A stretch of 64,000 bases of DNA from Guillardia theta CCMP2712. Taxonomy: Eukaryota > Protista > Cryptophyta. A model generated the notes under the pieces. The model worked only from the letters and a program-made list of their open reading frames with translations, ran no database searches and was not told where the DNA came from. The stretch's first letter is position 1, and the number at the start of each line of letters is the position of its first letter. The stretch covers positions 434,437-498,436 of the forward strand of contig NW_005434616.1 in the NCBI RefSeq assembly GCF_000315625.1. Reading direction: 5' to 3'. Positions 1 through 11,413 of the stretch are shown here, in pieces. The translations under genes were made by a program, and so were the position numbers.

Positions 1-1504
1 GGCAGGAGGGGCAGGATGCGGAAGGAGTGGAGGAGAGGCTGACCTGGGAGTTTGTTCTGAGACGCAAGGGAGGGTCTCCCTCGCTTGCGCTTTGGGACGA
101 TGGGGGAGCTGGAGCTGTCGCCGTCCCTCGCGTCGGTTGAAGGGGTCAGACGCCTGTAGAGCATGCAGATGCTGTCGGAGAAGTCTGTGGGCTTTCCTTC
201 GTCCTTGTCATGCACGAGGCTCAGGACGAGCTTGAGGGACTGACAGCCAGCAGTCACTTGACTTGACTTGACCCAACGGCTGCTGTACCTGAAGCATCAC
301 GCTTCCTCGCACTCGCTTCCCGTAGTGCCTAAGGTAAACCTCCCGGTTGAGTCTCGTCCAGAACAATCTCTCCTCCTGCTCTCCTGCTCCTTCTCGTCAC
401 GTCAACCACCACAAGTCTGCAAACACCTTTCTCCAGCAACTCGAACGTCTCTTCGGCCCCCTGTCTCACCCTCCCGGCCTCAACTTCCTCGTTCCAGAAT
501 CGTTGAACAGCCTGCCCGTCCTCGTCACATCCCTTACCGCCCCCGCCCCTCCTCCATCTCCTCCTCACCTTTCCTAACCCGGAGCAGTTCATCTGAGCAT
601 CCAACTGGCTCGCCCTCCACACCGGGTCATCCTCGGAGAGCCACTCGAGGGGCACGCGCTGGGTAGACGCTGAGGACAACAGACACAAAAGGAACTTTGG
701 CAACCTTGACCCCCAAGGGAGGCATGGAGGCCGATCGAGAGCTGCCATGTCCCGTCTTGTCCCCCTGCTGCAGCCTCACCCCTGCATCCACCTCAAGCTC
801 ACCTGCGGGGGGTCAGCGGCACAAGGACTGGCTCCTACTCCCCATACCCATCGGCAGGTGGGGGAACGACAGGCTGGCGGGCAGCTGCTGGGGGTGGTAG
901 GGAGGATTCATAGCTTGAGACTGATGCTGCATATAAAGTGAAATCAGGAGGAGAGAGGAAAGAAAGTCAGCGATAGGCCGCGAGAAGGGGAAGGGATGTT
1001 GTATCCAGAAACAGATCAGGGCACAATATAGGCAGTGGGAAGGGGGAGAGGGCAGGAGAGGGCGGGAGAGGGCAGTACCTGCAGGACAGCTCCTAGCGAT
1101 GAACTGAAGGCTCCTGGCAGTCATTGTCATGGCTCGGGTGCAATCTAGAGCAAGGACCTGAGAAGACGTGAGAAAGCCGTCCCTGCTCCTGTAGCCGGAG
1201 CTGGTCATCATTCCGTCCCATGGGTGGTGGAGTAGGATGGAAGGTTTGAACAGGAGGATGGGCACCTGTAGGAGGTATCAGGAAGTTTCTCTGCTGCACT
1301 GAAGGTCAGACCGGTACGGAACATATCCTGCGACAGCCACGTGGGCGAGGAGAAGCCGGTCATGGAGTTGAGGAGCCCCGACGACGACACGGTCTGCTGC
1401 TGCTGCTCGTAGAGGATATTGATGACGTTGTTGGGGTTGGCAGGCCGAGGCTCATTCCTGTTGCGATCTTGTTCGCCCTTGTCATCATTGGGGTATGGAA
1501 ACAT
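1..1504 (-). CDS. Hypothetical multi-exon protein, 3' end beyond the window start (begins MFPYPNDDKGEQDRNRNEPRP...)
   Basis: Coding-like minus-strand ORF segments (1208-1504, 329-660) separated by CT-rich intron-like tracts; no recognisable domain. Confidence 0.45.
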
Positions 1505-2303
1505 GTCCAAAAGGTCGAGTCGAGTCAAGCTCTCGAGTCTAGCCGTGGCTTCCTTTCAGCCCATGGGAACCTGAGCACTACCCCCACAGAATCATCAAGA
1601 TCAGCGCCATGCACATGCCATGCTCCCTTGGTCATCTCCTTGCGATCGACACAGACACATGTATGTGTACGGTCGTCGTTGCTCAAACCAGTATCGCAAC
1701 CCTTGCGGTCCAATCGCCTGACAGAGACTATCAGAAGGGTCATGAGGAACAACAAGCTGTGAATATGAAATTGCGCAAGCTTGGAGCTCGCGCAATCTAG
1801 AAGAGTTCAAACAACAAATGTAGATGATCACTCCTGATACGAGACAAGACGCCACGTGTGGCTGAGCGGCACGAGGCCGAAGAAGCTCTATGACAGCATG
1901 GCAAGAAGAATGTGGTGACAGCGGAGTGGTTACGGCATGCTGGAAAGAAATGGACAAGAAGGTTGTCGACAGGAGTATGAGACTGTCTTTCATCGGACAT
2001 AACGAGAAAACGAACAAACGAGGTGAGGACTCTTTGAGGACGCGTCGAGAGAAGCCAAACAGCCAGCACAAGGCCATGATTCCAGACTCGTACACAAGGC
2101 AGCAGAATGACAGGTTGAGGAGCAGCCAAAAAATGAGAGCGTTGAGGCGTAAGTGTTCAACAGTTTGCAAATGGGCTAGAGCGACAAGGAGGCAAAAGTA
2201 GGAGCCATAAAAAAGTAAGAGGCGGGGGCAGGCGGCACGAGGAATGGAGTAGATCGACCGGGAAAAAGCTGACGAGGCAGGTAACGAGACAGATAGAGAT
2301 GAC

Positions 2304-2373
2304 GGAGGCGGAGGCGGAGGCGGAGGCGGAGGCGGAGGCGGATGATGATGATGATGAGGAGGAGGAGGAGGAG
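2304..2373. repeat. Compound microsatellite (GAGGCG)n-(GAT)n-(GAG)n
   Basis: Directly visible simple repeats. Confidence 0.85.
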
Positions 2374-2484
2374 AATGGCGCGGCGAGAGAGCACAAGCGA
2401 AGGGAGCAGACGGCAGGGAGGCAAGCAAGAATCCAGACTCCCCGGATGCCATGGGACGAACCGAGGACAAGGTCCAAAAGGCTT

Positions 2485-2790
2485 GAAAAAAGGGGGTACA
2501 TAAGGGGGAATGAGGGGGGTGGGGTGTATAGAATTTATGACTTAAGTTCGAAGAGTTCTAATTTTGCAACGAATCGCTGAGATTTTTTTTTCATAATCCG
2601 ATCACGGGAGTGAGTCCTTCCACGGAGGGTCGGAAGACCGGGGGGGTGGGGGTACTGATAGTCAAATCTGGGGGTAGAGCTGTAGATATAACGTGACGAA
2701 GGTGGAGAGCATGAACGTGGGCAGTGATACCACCCCTTTCAACGAGAACATATGAAAGGAAGGGGTAGTCAGATTTTCTGTTACACCCAA
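2485..2790 (-). promoter_or_regulatory. TACCC/ACCC-rich putative promoter tract (G-rich on + strand)
   Basis: Clustered gggggtac/ggggtag motifs upstream of the minus-strand gene; the same pattern recurs at other promoters in the window. Confidence 0.45.
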
Positions 2791-3265
2791 AAACAAACCT
2801 CATCGCAGCGAAGATTCGAGAAGTGCTGGAACAGAACAAAAAACAAATCTTTTAAATGTAAAATATTATAAAGGGCCATCTCAAGATGCCATGTGACTTG
2901 ATCACGTTACTATCCTGCGTCCCTGACCCTTTCAGGTGGTAAAGCTGAGGCGGGTCGAGTAAAGAAGTCCTTTCTGCTGCCCTGACATGTCGACATGCTA
3001 GCGAGCCAAGAGCTTATGGCCGATTTACTGCCCTCCGAGCTTCTTTTTCACGAGTCTGCCTCGGCGGCCGGGCCGGGGGCCGGCAAGGTCCACTGGAAGC
3101 GGCGGCGGCTGCCGGCCCGCCCGCCCGACGTCGCTCAGTTTCAGTGAACAAGCTTGATCAAGCCTGCTGAGTAACTTTCAGAGACACCGGTCACGGATGA
3201 CTTTGACACAGTGCCGCATTCGAGTCATAAACATTCCTCCAAACAGATTTTGAACTAAAAGGATT

Positions 3266-5985
3266 TCAGGCTGTTGGGCAGGAGCAGGTTGCAGTGGGGT
3301 GCAGGCAAGAAAGGATCCTCTTGAAAACTCCTTCCACTCGCCTGAAAGTCATCTTAGCACAGCCTATAGGACTGCCCAGCGAATGATGATGGGAGGGAGG
3401 ATGCACCATTGGAGTAAGCATGCAGATGATGTGTAGTACAGTGTGTAGTAGGTGGCACAGCAGGGAAGGAGATTGTGGCGCTCAGAGAGTTGGGAGAGGA
3501 ATGGAGAGCAGAGGGTGTGTGGGAGGAGATGGGTGGAAGGCTCCTTGGGAAACGGCAGGACCAATGGAGGGAGGGAAGGCAGAAGAAAGGAGAGCAAGAA
3601 GGTGGAGCAACGGAACATGGGGTGGAGAGGCTCAGGACTTACTTCTGGACGTCGGCGCTCTCACAGCTGACCACCTGGTTGACAACATCGACAGTGACCT
3701 CCCAGCCATCGACTTCCATCCCCAGCATCGAGCTATCACTCAGTTTCGACTTCTGATCCACCACCTGCACAGCTCCGTAGCGCTCCTCCAGCATGGTCTT
3801 GACGATGGCGACCATCTCGTTCTCGCAATTCTCTTCCTTGATCATGGCCTTGTTGGTCGTTGGGTTGCTCAGAGTCTGTACGGGTTCGTCAGCAGCGTCG
3901 AGCACTCCCAACAAGAATGTCTGACCTGAAGGACGACGCTGAGGACAGAGTCGGCCACGAGGTCGTTGACGGGGTTGGACGCCCACTCGAGTTGGATCAT
4001 GTTGATGGCCGTCTGCGGTTCATAGATGAGGAGGAACGGGAGCAAGAAGTAAGAGGAGCACCTTCCGGACTGTCACAGCATCGAGGATTCTGATGGGGAA
4101 CTCTTTCTCCTTGAAGTGAAGGATTTTTTTCTTCTCCTTGCCTTCCTTCCCAGTGCCCCCGGCTGCCTCTTGGCCCTTCACTGAGCCATCCGCCGAGAAG
4201 TTGTCAACATGCATCATCTCCTTGTCCGTCTTGATCTGAAGGAAGGGAGAGTCAGGTCGAGCACACAGGGCACAGCAGCTCACCTCTACTATCGAGTCGA
4301 AGAGCTTCGACAGGTGGAACCGGAGCACGTCCCATGGCTGGTGGAAGGGGATGCTCTGCCTCTGGATCAGGTGGGAGACCTCTAACCCAGCGTGGGCTCC
4401 CATCTCGTCCACTCCGACTATGGTCAGCTGGAAATTCTTGTGAAGCACTACACCGTGCAGGCTTCCTCCTGTCTTGGGTCTCTCGACAGCCAAAGATCCC
4501 ACAACCTTGGCGACTTTGCTCTCGTGGAAGGTCAAGGTGACATTCTCGGTGTTCTGAGGAGACCAGACTCCTACACCCATGTGCTCATACTTGGACACCA
4601 GCTGCTTCTTCAAAGACGCCATCATGTTCGCCTCCCCGTGCACCAGGACGATGTGGGAGGGTCGGAGCTCGTCGATGAATTGAGAAGTCTGGATGAAATC
4701 CGCATGGGCTGAGAAGGAGATGTAGTGAACCCTGATCTTCAGGGGCACCTCCTTACCATCCTGCAGTGTGTGTGTAGCGGGTTGAGCGTCAAGCAGTTCC
4801 TTGGCCAGGGTGTTCTGTACACAATACCCTGTGATGACAACTGAGTTGTGACGGTATTCACACCATCTGCAGCTCAAGTGTCAACGGCATCTAGGCCAAG
4901 TACAAGGATCATTACCTGTCAAAGAGATCTCGGGATGGCCCGTTCTGAAGCATTCCAGGAGAGGCCATAACAACGCATGGACAGTTGTCTTGGAACTCCG
5001 CCATCGTCGTCATGTAGCGGATGTGACGAAACTCGAAGGGATTCTCGATATCGTTGAGATGACGGATGCGATTGTTCATCTGATTGATGTAAGTCTGATA
5101 AGAAGCAATACATCTTTTGGCCATCCCCGACAGGCATATGATGGGATATCTGTGCAGTTCTGGATTTTTCCTCCAATACTCGTCGAGGAGCAGCAGAAGT
5201 TCCTGCGCCCTTCCTATCGCAAAGACGGGAAGCAGGACTCTCCCTCCCAGCTGCAGCGTGCTGACAACCGCCTCAAGAAATCGTTTCTCTCTTGATCGCC
5301 GAGGTTCGTGGGTCTGAACACCATAGGTCGACTCCACCACAAGCACGTGCACCTGGACTGAAGGCATCTCAGCAGCCATCAAGTGCCTATCCTCCTGACG
5401 AGAGTAGTCTCCTGTGTAGAGCAGACGTACTCCTGCTATCTGGACAATGAACATGCAAGCGCCAAGCACATGCCCAGCATTGTAGCACCAGAACTTGACG
5501 CCCTCCACCTCCACCTCCTGATGGTAGTCAATGCAGATGATCTTGTTTACAGTCTCTTGAATATCTTTCTCTGTGTACAAACTTCCTCCATACTGCTCTG
5601 ATATTCCAGAAACTTTGATGAAGTCTGACCATACCAACTTGCAGATTGCAAGAGTGGGGTAGGTCATGTATACCTTGCCCTTGAATGTTGTTTTGGTCAG
5701 GAAATATGGCACGGATGCGGCATGGTCAACGTGAAAATGAGTGACAAGGAGAAGATCGATGGATTCAGCATCAACTTCGTCGAAGAATGGAAGTGATTCT
5801 TCTCCTCGATAGCCTGGATGCGCCCCGCAATCGAACATGATGGTTTTCCCCTTGAATTTCAGCAAGCAACACGACCTCCCAACTTCGTTCCCTGCACCAA
5901 GAGGGATGAATTCAAGCGTTTCATCGCCTTGGAAAGGAAAGCTTCTCTTCGCCGATCCTGGCCCCAACGTAATGTGCGGTTCCAT
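3266..5985 (-). CDS. CPSF3: Cleavage and polyadenylation specificity factor subunit 3 (CPSF73/Ysh1; MBL fold + beta-CASP), 6 exons
   Basis: Motifs PLGAGNEVGRSC, THFHVDH, AGHVLGA, ESTYG, FSAHAD, LVHGE and C-terminal LEWASNPVNDLVADSV. Introns at 4867-4915, 4236-4283, 4013-4061, about 3877-3925 and 3342-3642. Last exon reads KRVEGVFKRILSCLHP...stop. Confidence 0.96.
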
Positions 5986-6299
5986 CTTCACCCTCTCCCT
6001 CCTCTCAACCCGCTTTTAGCTGACCTGCCGGTTCCTCACGTACCCTCCAGCAGTGTTTCAACCGACTTACTTCACAGCTCTGCTGCCCTCAGCATGCTTC
6101 ATCGTCATCATTCTCATACTTCTCCTCTCCTCTCCCCTCCCCTCTCTCGTCTCTACTCCGTCATCGTCAGACCTGAGCCGCGCATGTCAGCTCCTTGGAC
6201 TGCTGCGACCACCGGTACTCTTCACATGCGTAACTTGGGGTCATAGACATAGGGGGTGAAATCATCAGTGAGTGGGCGCCGGCCCTGGATTAAACCTCC

Positions 6300-7115
6300 G
6301 ATAGACCGGGCCGAGCAACCCGACTCGGCACCGTGCCACCAGCTATACAAACTTCAGCTTGCCTCTAAGAACGGGTCCTTTTCCCTGTAAGGACCCCCTT
6401 GTTAAGCCTTACGCCCCTTCTGGACAACACCGGGCCCTCTTTCCACCTTGTGCTACCCTCCGACCCCGCCGGGCCCGGTGACAAACTCCGCCACCCCTAC
6501 CCCCTTTAGATTCGGGTACCCCTACCCCGTCAATTACAACCATCGACTGTGACTGACCCCTTCTCTCACCTAGACAAAATAGAGCTGACCACCCGTTTCA
6601 AAGGGGTTTATATTGTTTCAGTACCGTACCCATGCCTCCCAAGTCCGCCATGTCGAGTAAAGTCCCGGGCTTCTCCTAGTACCCCTCCCCATGTGCTTCA
6701 ACCACCGGTAATCTCTGAATCTTGTGCACCCCCACCCCTGTGGCACGTACATTTCGAACCACACCCCTATGTGGACTATCACCCCACCCCTATGTGTAGT
6801 GTACCATACCCGTCACTTTCGACAAACTCTCACCCCACCTTCAACAACTACTACTACCTACTACAACAAAATCCATCACCCGCCTCATCGTTATCTGGGT
6901 GAAACCCCGAGAAGGAAATTGCACAAAGGGTACAAGTATTGGGTGATGTTTTCATAATTTCAAAAATACTTGTATTATATTTTGTATATGCTAAATTTGT
7001 AAGAACACATTTAGTGAATCTGGATAAATCTCGAAAATATTTGGTTTCCTACAACCCCCTCTGATATTGAATCCCCGGGCCCCAAGATCACCCTCAGATC
7101 ATCTATCACCCTGAA
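6300..7115 (+). promoter_or_regulatory. Long ACCC/TACCC-rich intergenic tract in the divergent CPSF3/RWP-RK promoter
   Basis: Many C-runs preceded by A or TA on the + strand, with no credible ORF. Confidence 0.45.
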
Positions 7116-7933
7116 AATGTTGGTGGAATGGGTGGGTACTAAAGTTTCTTTCTTTGTTTTTTTTATTTCGGGGGCTGCAGGCGGGCGGATCGCTATTATG
7201 GCAGGAAGGTGTAACGCTACTGCCGCCATGGCAGCAGTAACAAGCACATTTGAAGCTTGTTCCTCCCTTCCTGCTTGTTATTCTATGCCTACCTCTGACT
7301 TGCTGCTCTTATCATGATTGCTCATGTCCGGCCCCGCAGCCATGCCGAAGTTACGCCTCTTGTTTGAAGGGCTGTTTGATACCTTGAGGGTCGTAGTGGT
7401 AGAATGCAAAAGACGATCTTTGAGACGCCGGGCTTTTATTGAGTTGATAGTGCGTAACAACATCAGCTCATCATGCTGTTGATAGATTGCTCCCCCCATT
7501 TTTGTGTATGGAGGGCTCAACACGCCTATCCAGGCAGCTTGTACTTATCAGTGTTGCATGAGGGCAGCTATTGTTTGTCATGTTGGTGATGCCCTGCATA
7601 CATGAGAGCATTTGATGGCAAAAACCTTATTGCATTATCTAACTTCAGTATATTGACTGCTTGATTTTTGCTAAAGTCATGCACGGGTGGTTAGTTTGGC
7701 TGACGACGGCCCATTGATTGAGGAATAAGGGTCAGTACGAAAGGTATATGATATTGCTCCGTTGGTAATCGATATGAGATCTACAGCAATGCAGGGAGTC
7801 AAGCCGGTTGGAATTAAACGATCTTATTTTAGCAAATAATTCAGAAACCAGATGCAATCTCCAAATCTATACAGGACCGCAATCATTTTTACAAAGAATT
7901 TCTGGAAATCAACATGCATGCTTTTATCTCTGA

Positions 7934-9854
7934 ATGGCTACACCTGGAGTATCTGATATAGGTCGTGAAAGTTCAGATATAAGCAATATGTCGTGGAGAT
8001 CTGCTGATGAAAGCAGCCCCAACGGGAAGGATGGGAAACTAAAAACGGAGGCTGCAGGAAGCAAGGCTGAAACAGAAACTCATGAAACCCTGGCGATGAA
8101 GCTGCAAAATGCAAGCAATTCAGGAAAAGATAGTGATTTCAAGATATTCCCAAGGCGAAAAGGGGGACAACAAAAGAAAAACAACGACAGTGCACCAGTG
8201 GTTATCACCGCAGAGGTACATTTTATTTGAGCAACTGTGTTCCCATGACATGCTAGCAGTTGCTCGAGACTTGTTTCGAGATGCCACTTGTCGCAGCAGC
8301 GAACAAATTGGGAATTTGTGCGACGGCTCTGAAAAAAGGTGTCTTTCCTATATGAATTTGTGCATGATTTGATCCCTGTTACAGTTTGCCGCAAACTAGG
8401 CATCCACAAATGGTGAATGCTCAGAAAAGAGAGAACCCCTTTCCAGCGGTGACCTTTTGCGTCAGGCCTTATAAGGAAATGAAGCCAAGCCTTTCTCTTT
8501 GCCGAAATCAGGTCGAGTGGTACAAAGGTTGTGTTTCTGTTTCTTATTCTCTCAAAAGGGATTGGCTTGGGATTCCTCTGGAAAATTTGTAAACAATCCG
8601 ATTCCAGAAGCAGGTTCCAGTAACCTTTGCAAGGTGATTCATCAAAGTTTTGTTTGCAACGGAATTGATTTTTTGACTGTAGTCGGATCTTCAAGGAGCA
8701 AAGACCATGACCATAGGCAGTTTGACCAGTCCGGAAAATCGAAAGTTCGAGGGCAGCAGTTCGAAACTACTGTCTAATGGCGATTCGCGTAATGTCGCAT
8801 CGCACGACAATTTTGCAAGTGTGTCGTCGAAAGAATTTTTGGTGAGACCACTGTTTCTTTTGCCTTAATCATCCTTGTCTTGCTTTCTTTGGAATATCTA
8901 CTCATTCTTGTTTCGTGCTGTCTTCAATTATTGTAATGCCGTTGTTTTAGTCATCCAAAACCTCACGGAGCGATGGAGCCGATCTTCTTTCATCTTTGAG
9001 ACTACTTGTGTCGAACAATAGCGCTTCAGATTCACAATCTCAATCCACCTTGCAACCAATTGAGGTTTGAACGCTACTCTTTACTTGAATGGGTCATGAA
9101 TCCGATGCAGGGGCAAAACTCTCACACAAAACAAAGCCATATGCCTAGTTTATCAAGTGCAGCTGGGAGTTCTCCGTCAAAAAATGGTTCAAGAACTTTG
9201 AAGATTGAAGGTCGTGGATAATGCTTGTTTTACATCGTCTGCTACATCTAACTTTGATGTTTTGAAAGAAGGCGGAGATCAATCGAAGGATGAGAAAAGC
9301 TCACATGACGACTACACAGTTTTCCCCAGAAGACGCAATGGAAGAAATCCTCGAGTGGGAGAAAGGGCCCCGGTCGTCGTGACGGAGGAGAAATTAAAGC
9401 AGTGCTTCGATCTTCCTCTACACGTGGCTTCCAAAAAAATGGGGATATGCATTACTGCAATCAAGAAAGTTTGCAGGAAGCTTGGTATCCACAAATGGCC
9501 TTACAGGTGACTCATGCTCTCTTTTTTTCGTTAGCTGCTGTTGACAATGATTTGTTTGAAAGGGACCTAAAAGAGCGAAAAAATGCGGCAGGAAAATCAC
9601 TATCGGAAGGAGGTTTCTCAAACATGGGTGCATTGACAATATCTTCGGAAGGTCCAAGTGTTCCTTTGGAGACATTGAGTGAAGCAAGCGAGTACGCAAG
9701 GCTTCGAGGAGGAGCTGCCGGGGAAGAATCAGACTCAAAGGATTCCGATCCTCAAGAAGCTCAAAGTGACCAGGACAGCAAGTTGAATACGTTGTGCATC
9801 GCAGCCTTGGAACTGTCGCAATCGGATACCAAACAGGGAGGGCAGCGAAGGTAG
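7934..9854 (+). CDS. RWP-RK (NIN-like) transcription factor with two RWP-RK domains
   Basis: Spliced domain 1: ITAE|LLETCFEMPLVAAANKLGICATALKK|VCRKLGIHKW|PYK. Domain 2: VTEEKLKQCFDLPLHVASKKMGICITAIKKVCRKLGIHKWPYR. The intervening exons splice in frame. Confidence 0.88.
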
Positions 9855-10421
9855 CATGTGATGCGTTGCTTCCTGCTCGTATTGACGCGATGTATCAGAG
9901 TCGTGAAATCTGAAAGATCACAGGGAAAGAGCAACTTCAAGCAGACTGTCGCCAACACTCAACGCCACCGCGAAACCTCGGGCAAAGCCAGTGCAGGCGA
10001 TGATCGTGCGAATGAGGGAAGCAGCAGCAGCAGCAGGAATGTCGCTATTGCATCTTCAGACAGAAACTCTGAGAGGATTGGTAAGGGAGAAAAGATGAGT
10101 TGTGTTCTTGTCTGATTTTTCGGTTCGGACAGAGGTTTCAAAACTTCTTGGATGAAGCGTTGAAGTCCACAGTTCGAAATAACACCTTGCTGGTACATCT
10201 ACACATGCATCTTTACATATTTATTTGTCCATATTCCCCCTTGTCGTGAAACACTAGAATTAATCGTGCAATGTAACAATTACCTCGCATACTGGATATC
10301 TCCGTTAAAATAAATGAATTACAAGAAAAAGAACACTTGGGTTAAAAAAATAAAAGAATTACAGCAAACAAAACAGATTGCTGTCAGCTGATACGTCTAG
10401 GTACAGGTATGCTGTAGTCTC

Positions 10422-10850
10422 CTACACCTCACTCAAAAACTTCAACCTTGTTTCCTTGGCCACAAATTTCATCCTCTGCCATAGCAGCCAACCACCGAAC
10501 AAGCAGCTGGCAATGAACATAACGAGCAACAAGATTGAGCTCGTCTTCTCCTCTTTCCACTCACGTTCTATCTCCATCCTCAACACTGGAATACTTACTA
10601 TGCTCCAACATATCCACAGCAAGGCTGCCAGCCCGAGCCCCAGCATCACAGCTTCTCCGCTCGCCCCGGCGATACGCGGCTTCAGCAAGCGGGTAGCATC
10701 CCAAGACGTCTTCACCGCAACATGGTAGACAGCTCCTCCTGCCGTTCTCCATGCTCTGCTCCACTTTCCGACTCGTCGCTCCACTTCCTCTCGTCTCAGT
10801 GGCCCCACCCTGGCGCCATTCTCCAGCCGCATCCAGTACCCATCTGCCAT
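10422..10850 (-). CDS. Small membrane protein with an N-terminal GYF_2/DUF4339-like motif and two TM helices
   Basis: YWMRLENGARVGPLRREEV resembles the W-x-x-G-x-x-x-GP pattern; two hydrophobic segments follow. Confidence 0.55.
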   Translation of the reverse strand: MADGYWMRLENGARVGPLRREEVERRVGKWSRAWRTAGGAVYHVAVKTSWDATRLLKPRIAGASGEAVMLGLGLAALLWICWSIVSIPVLRMEIEREWKEEKTSSILLLVMFIASCLFGGWLLWQRMKFVAKETRLKFLSEV

Positions 10851-11413
10851 GTCACCCCCCTCAGACGCATTATGCATGCCCGCCCCACCGGGGCCCGGCG
10901 GGCTTCGGAGTCAGTCGGACTGACTTCAGTAACCCTCGCGGCAGCAGGTTAGCCATATTTCGCACGTGCAGTGAGGGCACGTGAAGAAGACCCCTACCTA
11001 ACACCTCATCCACCGGTGAACTTGTTTGCTCTGATCTATGAAAAGGGGTGGGTACTTTGATTACCCTACCTAGTCTTTGATATACCCTGGACAGGGATTC
11101 TCTTCTTCACCAGCTCCCCTCCCTCCCCTCCCTCTGTCCTCGTTTCCTCCTCCCCCTCCCACCCTCTTCCTCCTGTATCTCCCACCCTCCCTCCCTCCCT
11201 ACTTTCCTTGCCTCCCTACCTACCCTCCTCTTCCTCCCTCCCTCCCTACCTCCGCTACTTCTCGCCCTTCCTCTCTCTCGATCATACTCTCCCTTCCTCT
11301 CTCGCTCTCCTCCTTCTCTTCCTTGTTCTCTACCTCCATCTGTCTATTATCCTCACCGCCAGTCTGATCTTCGAGGCGCCGTCGGGCCCTCCCCCTTCTT
11401 CCTCGTTGCTGGC

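Noticed and set aside
1601-2580. 289-aa and overlapping ORFs
   Set aside because: They are driven by simple repeats and show no domain; more likely the 5' UTR or intron of the minus-strand gene.
9690-9720. Internal ARLRGG in the RWP-RK protein as part of the LRGG presequence system
   Set aside because: It lies near the C-terminus of a protein with no signal peptide, so it may be chance.
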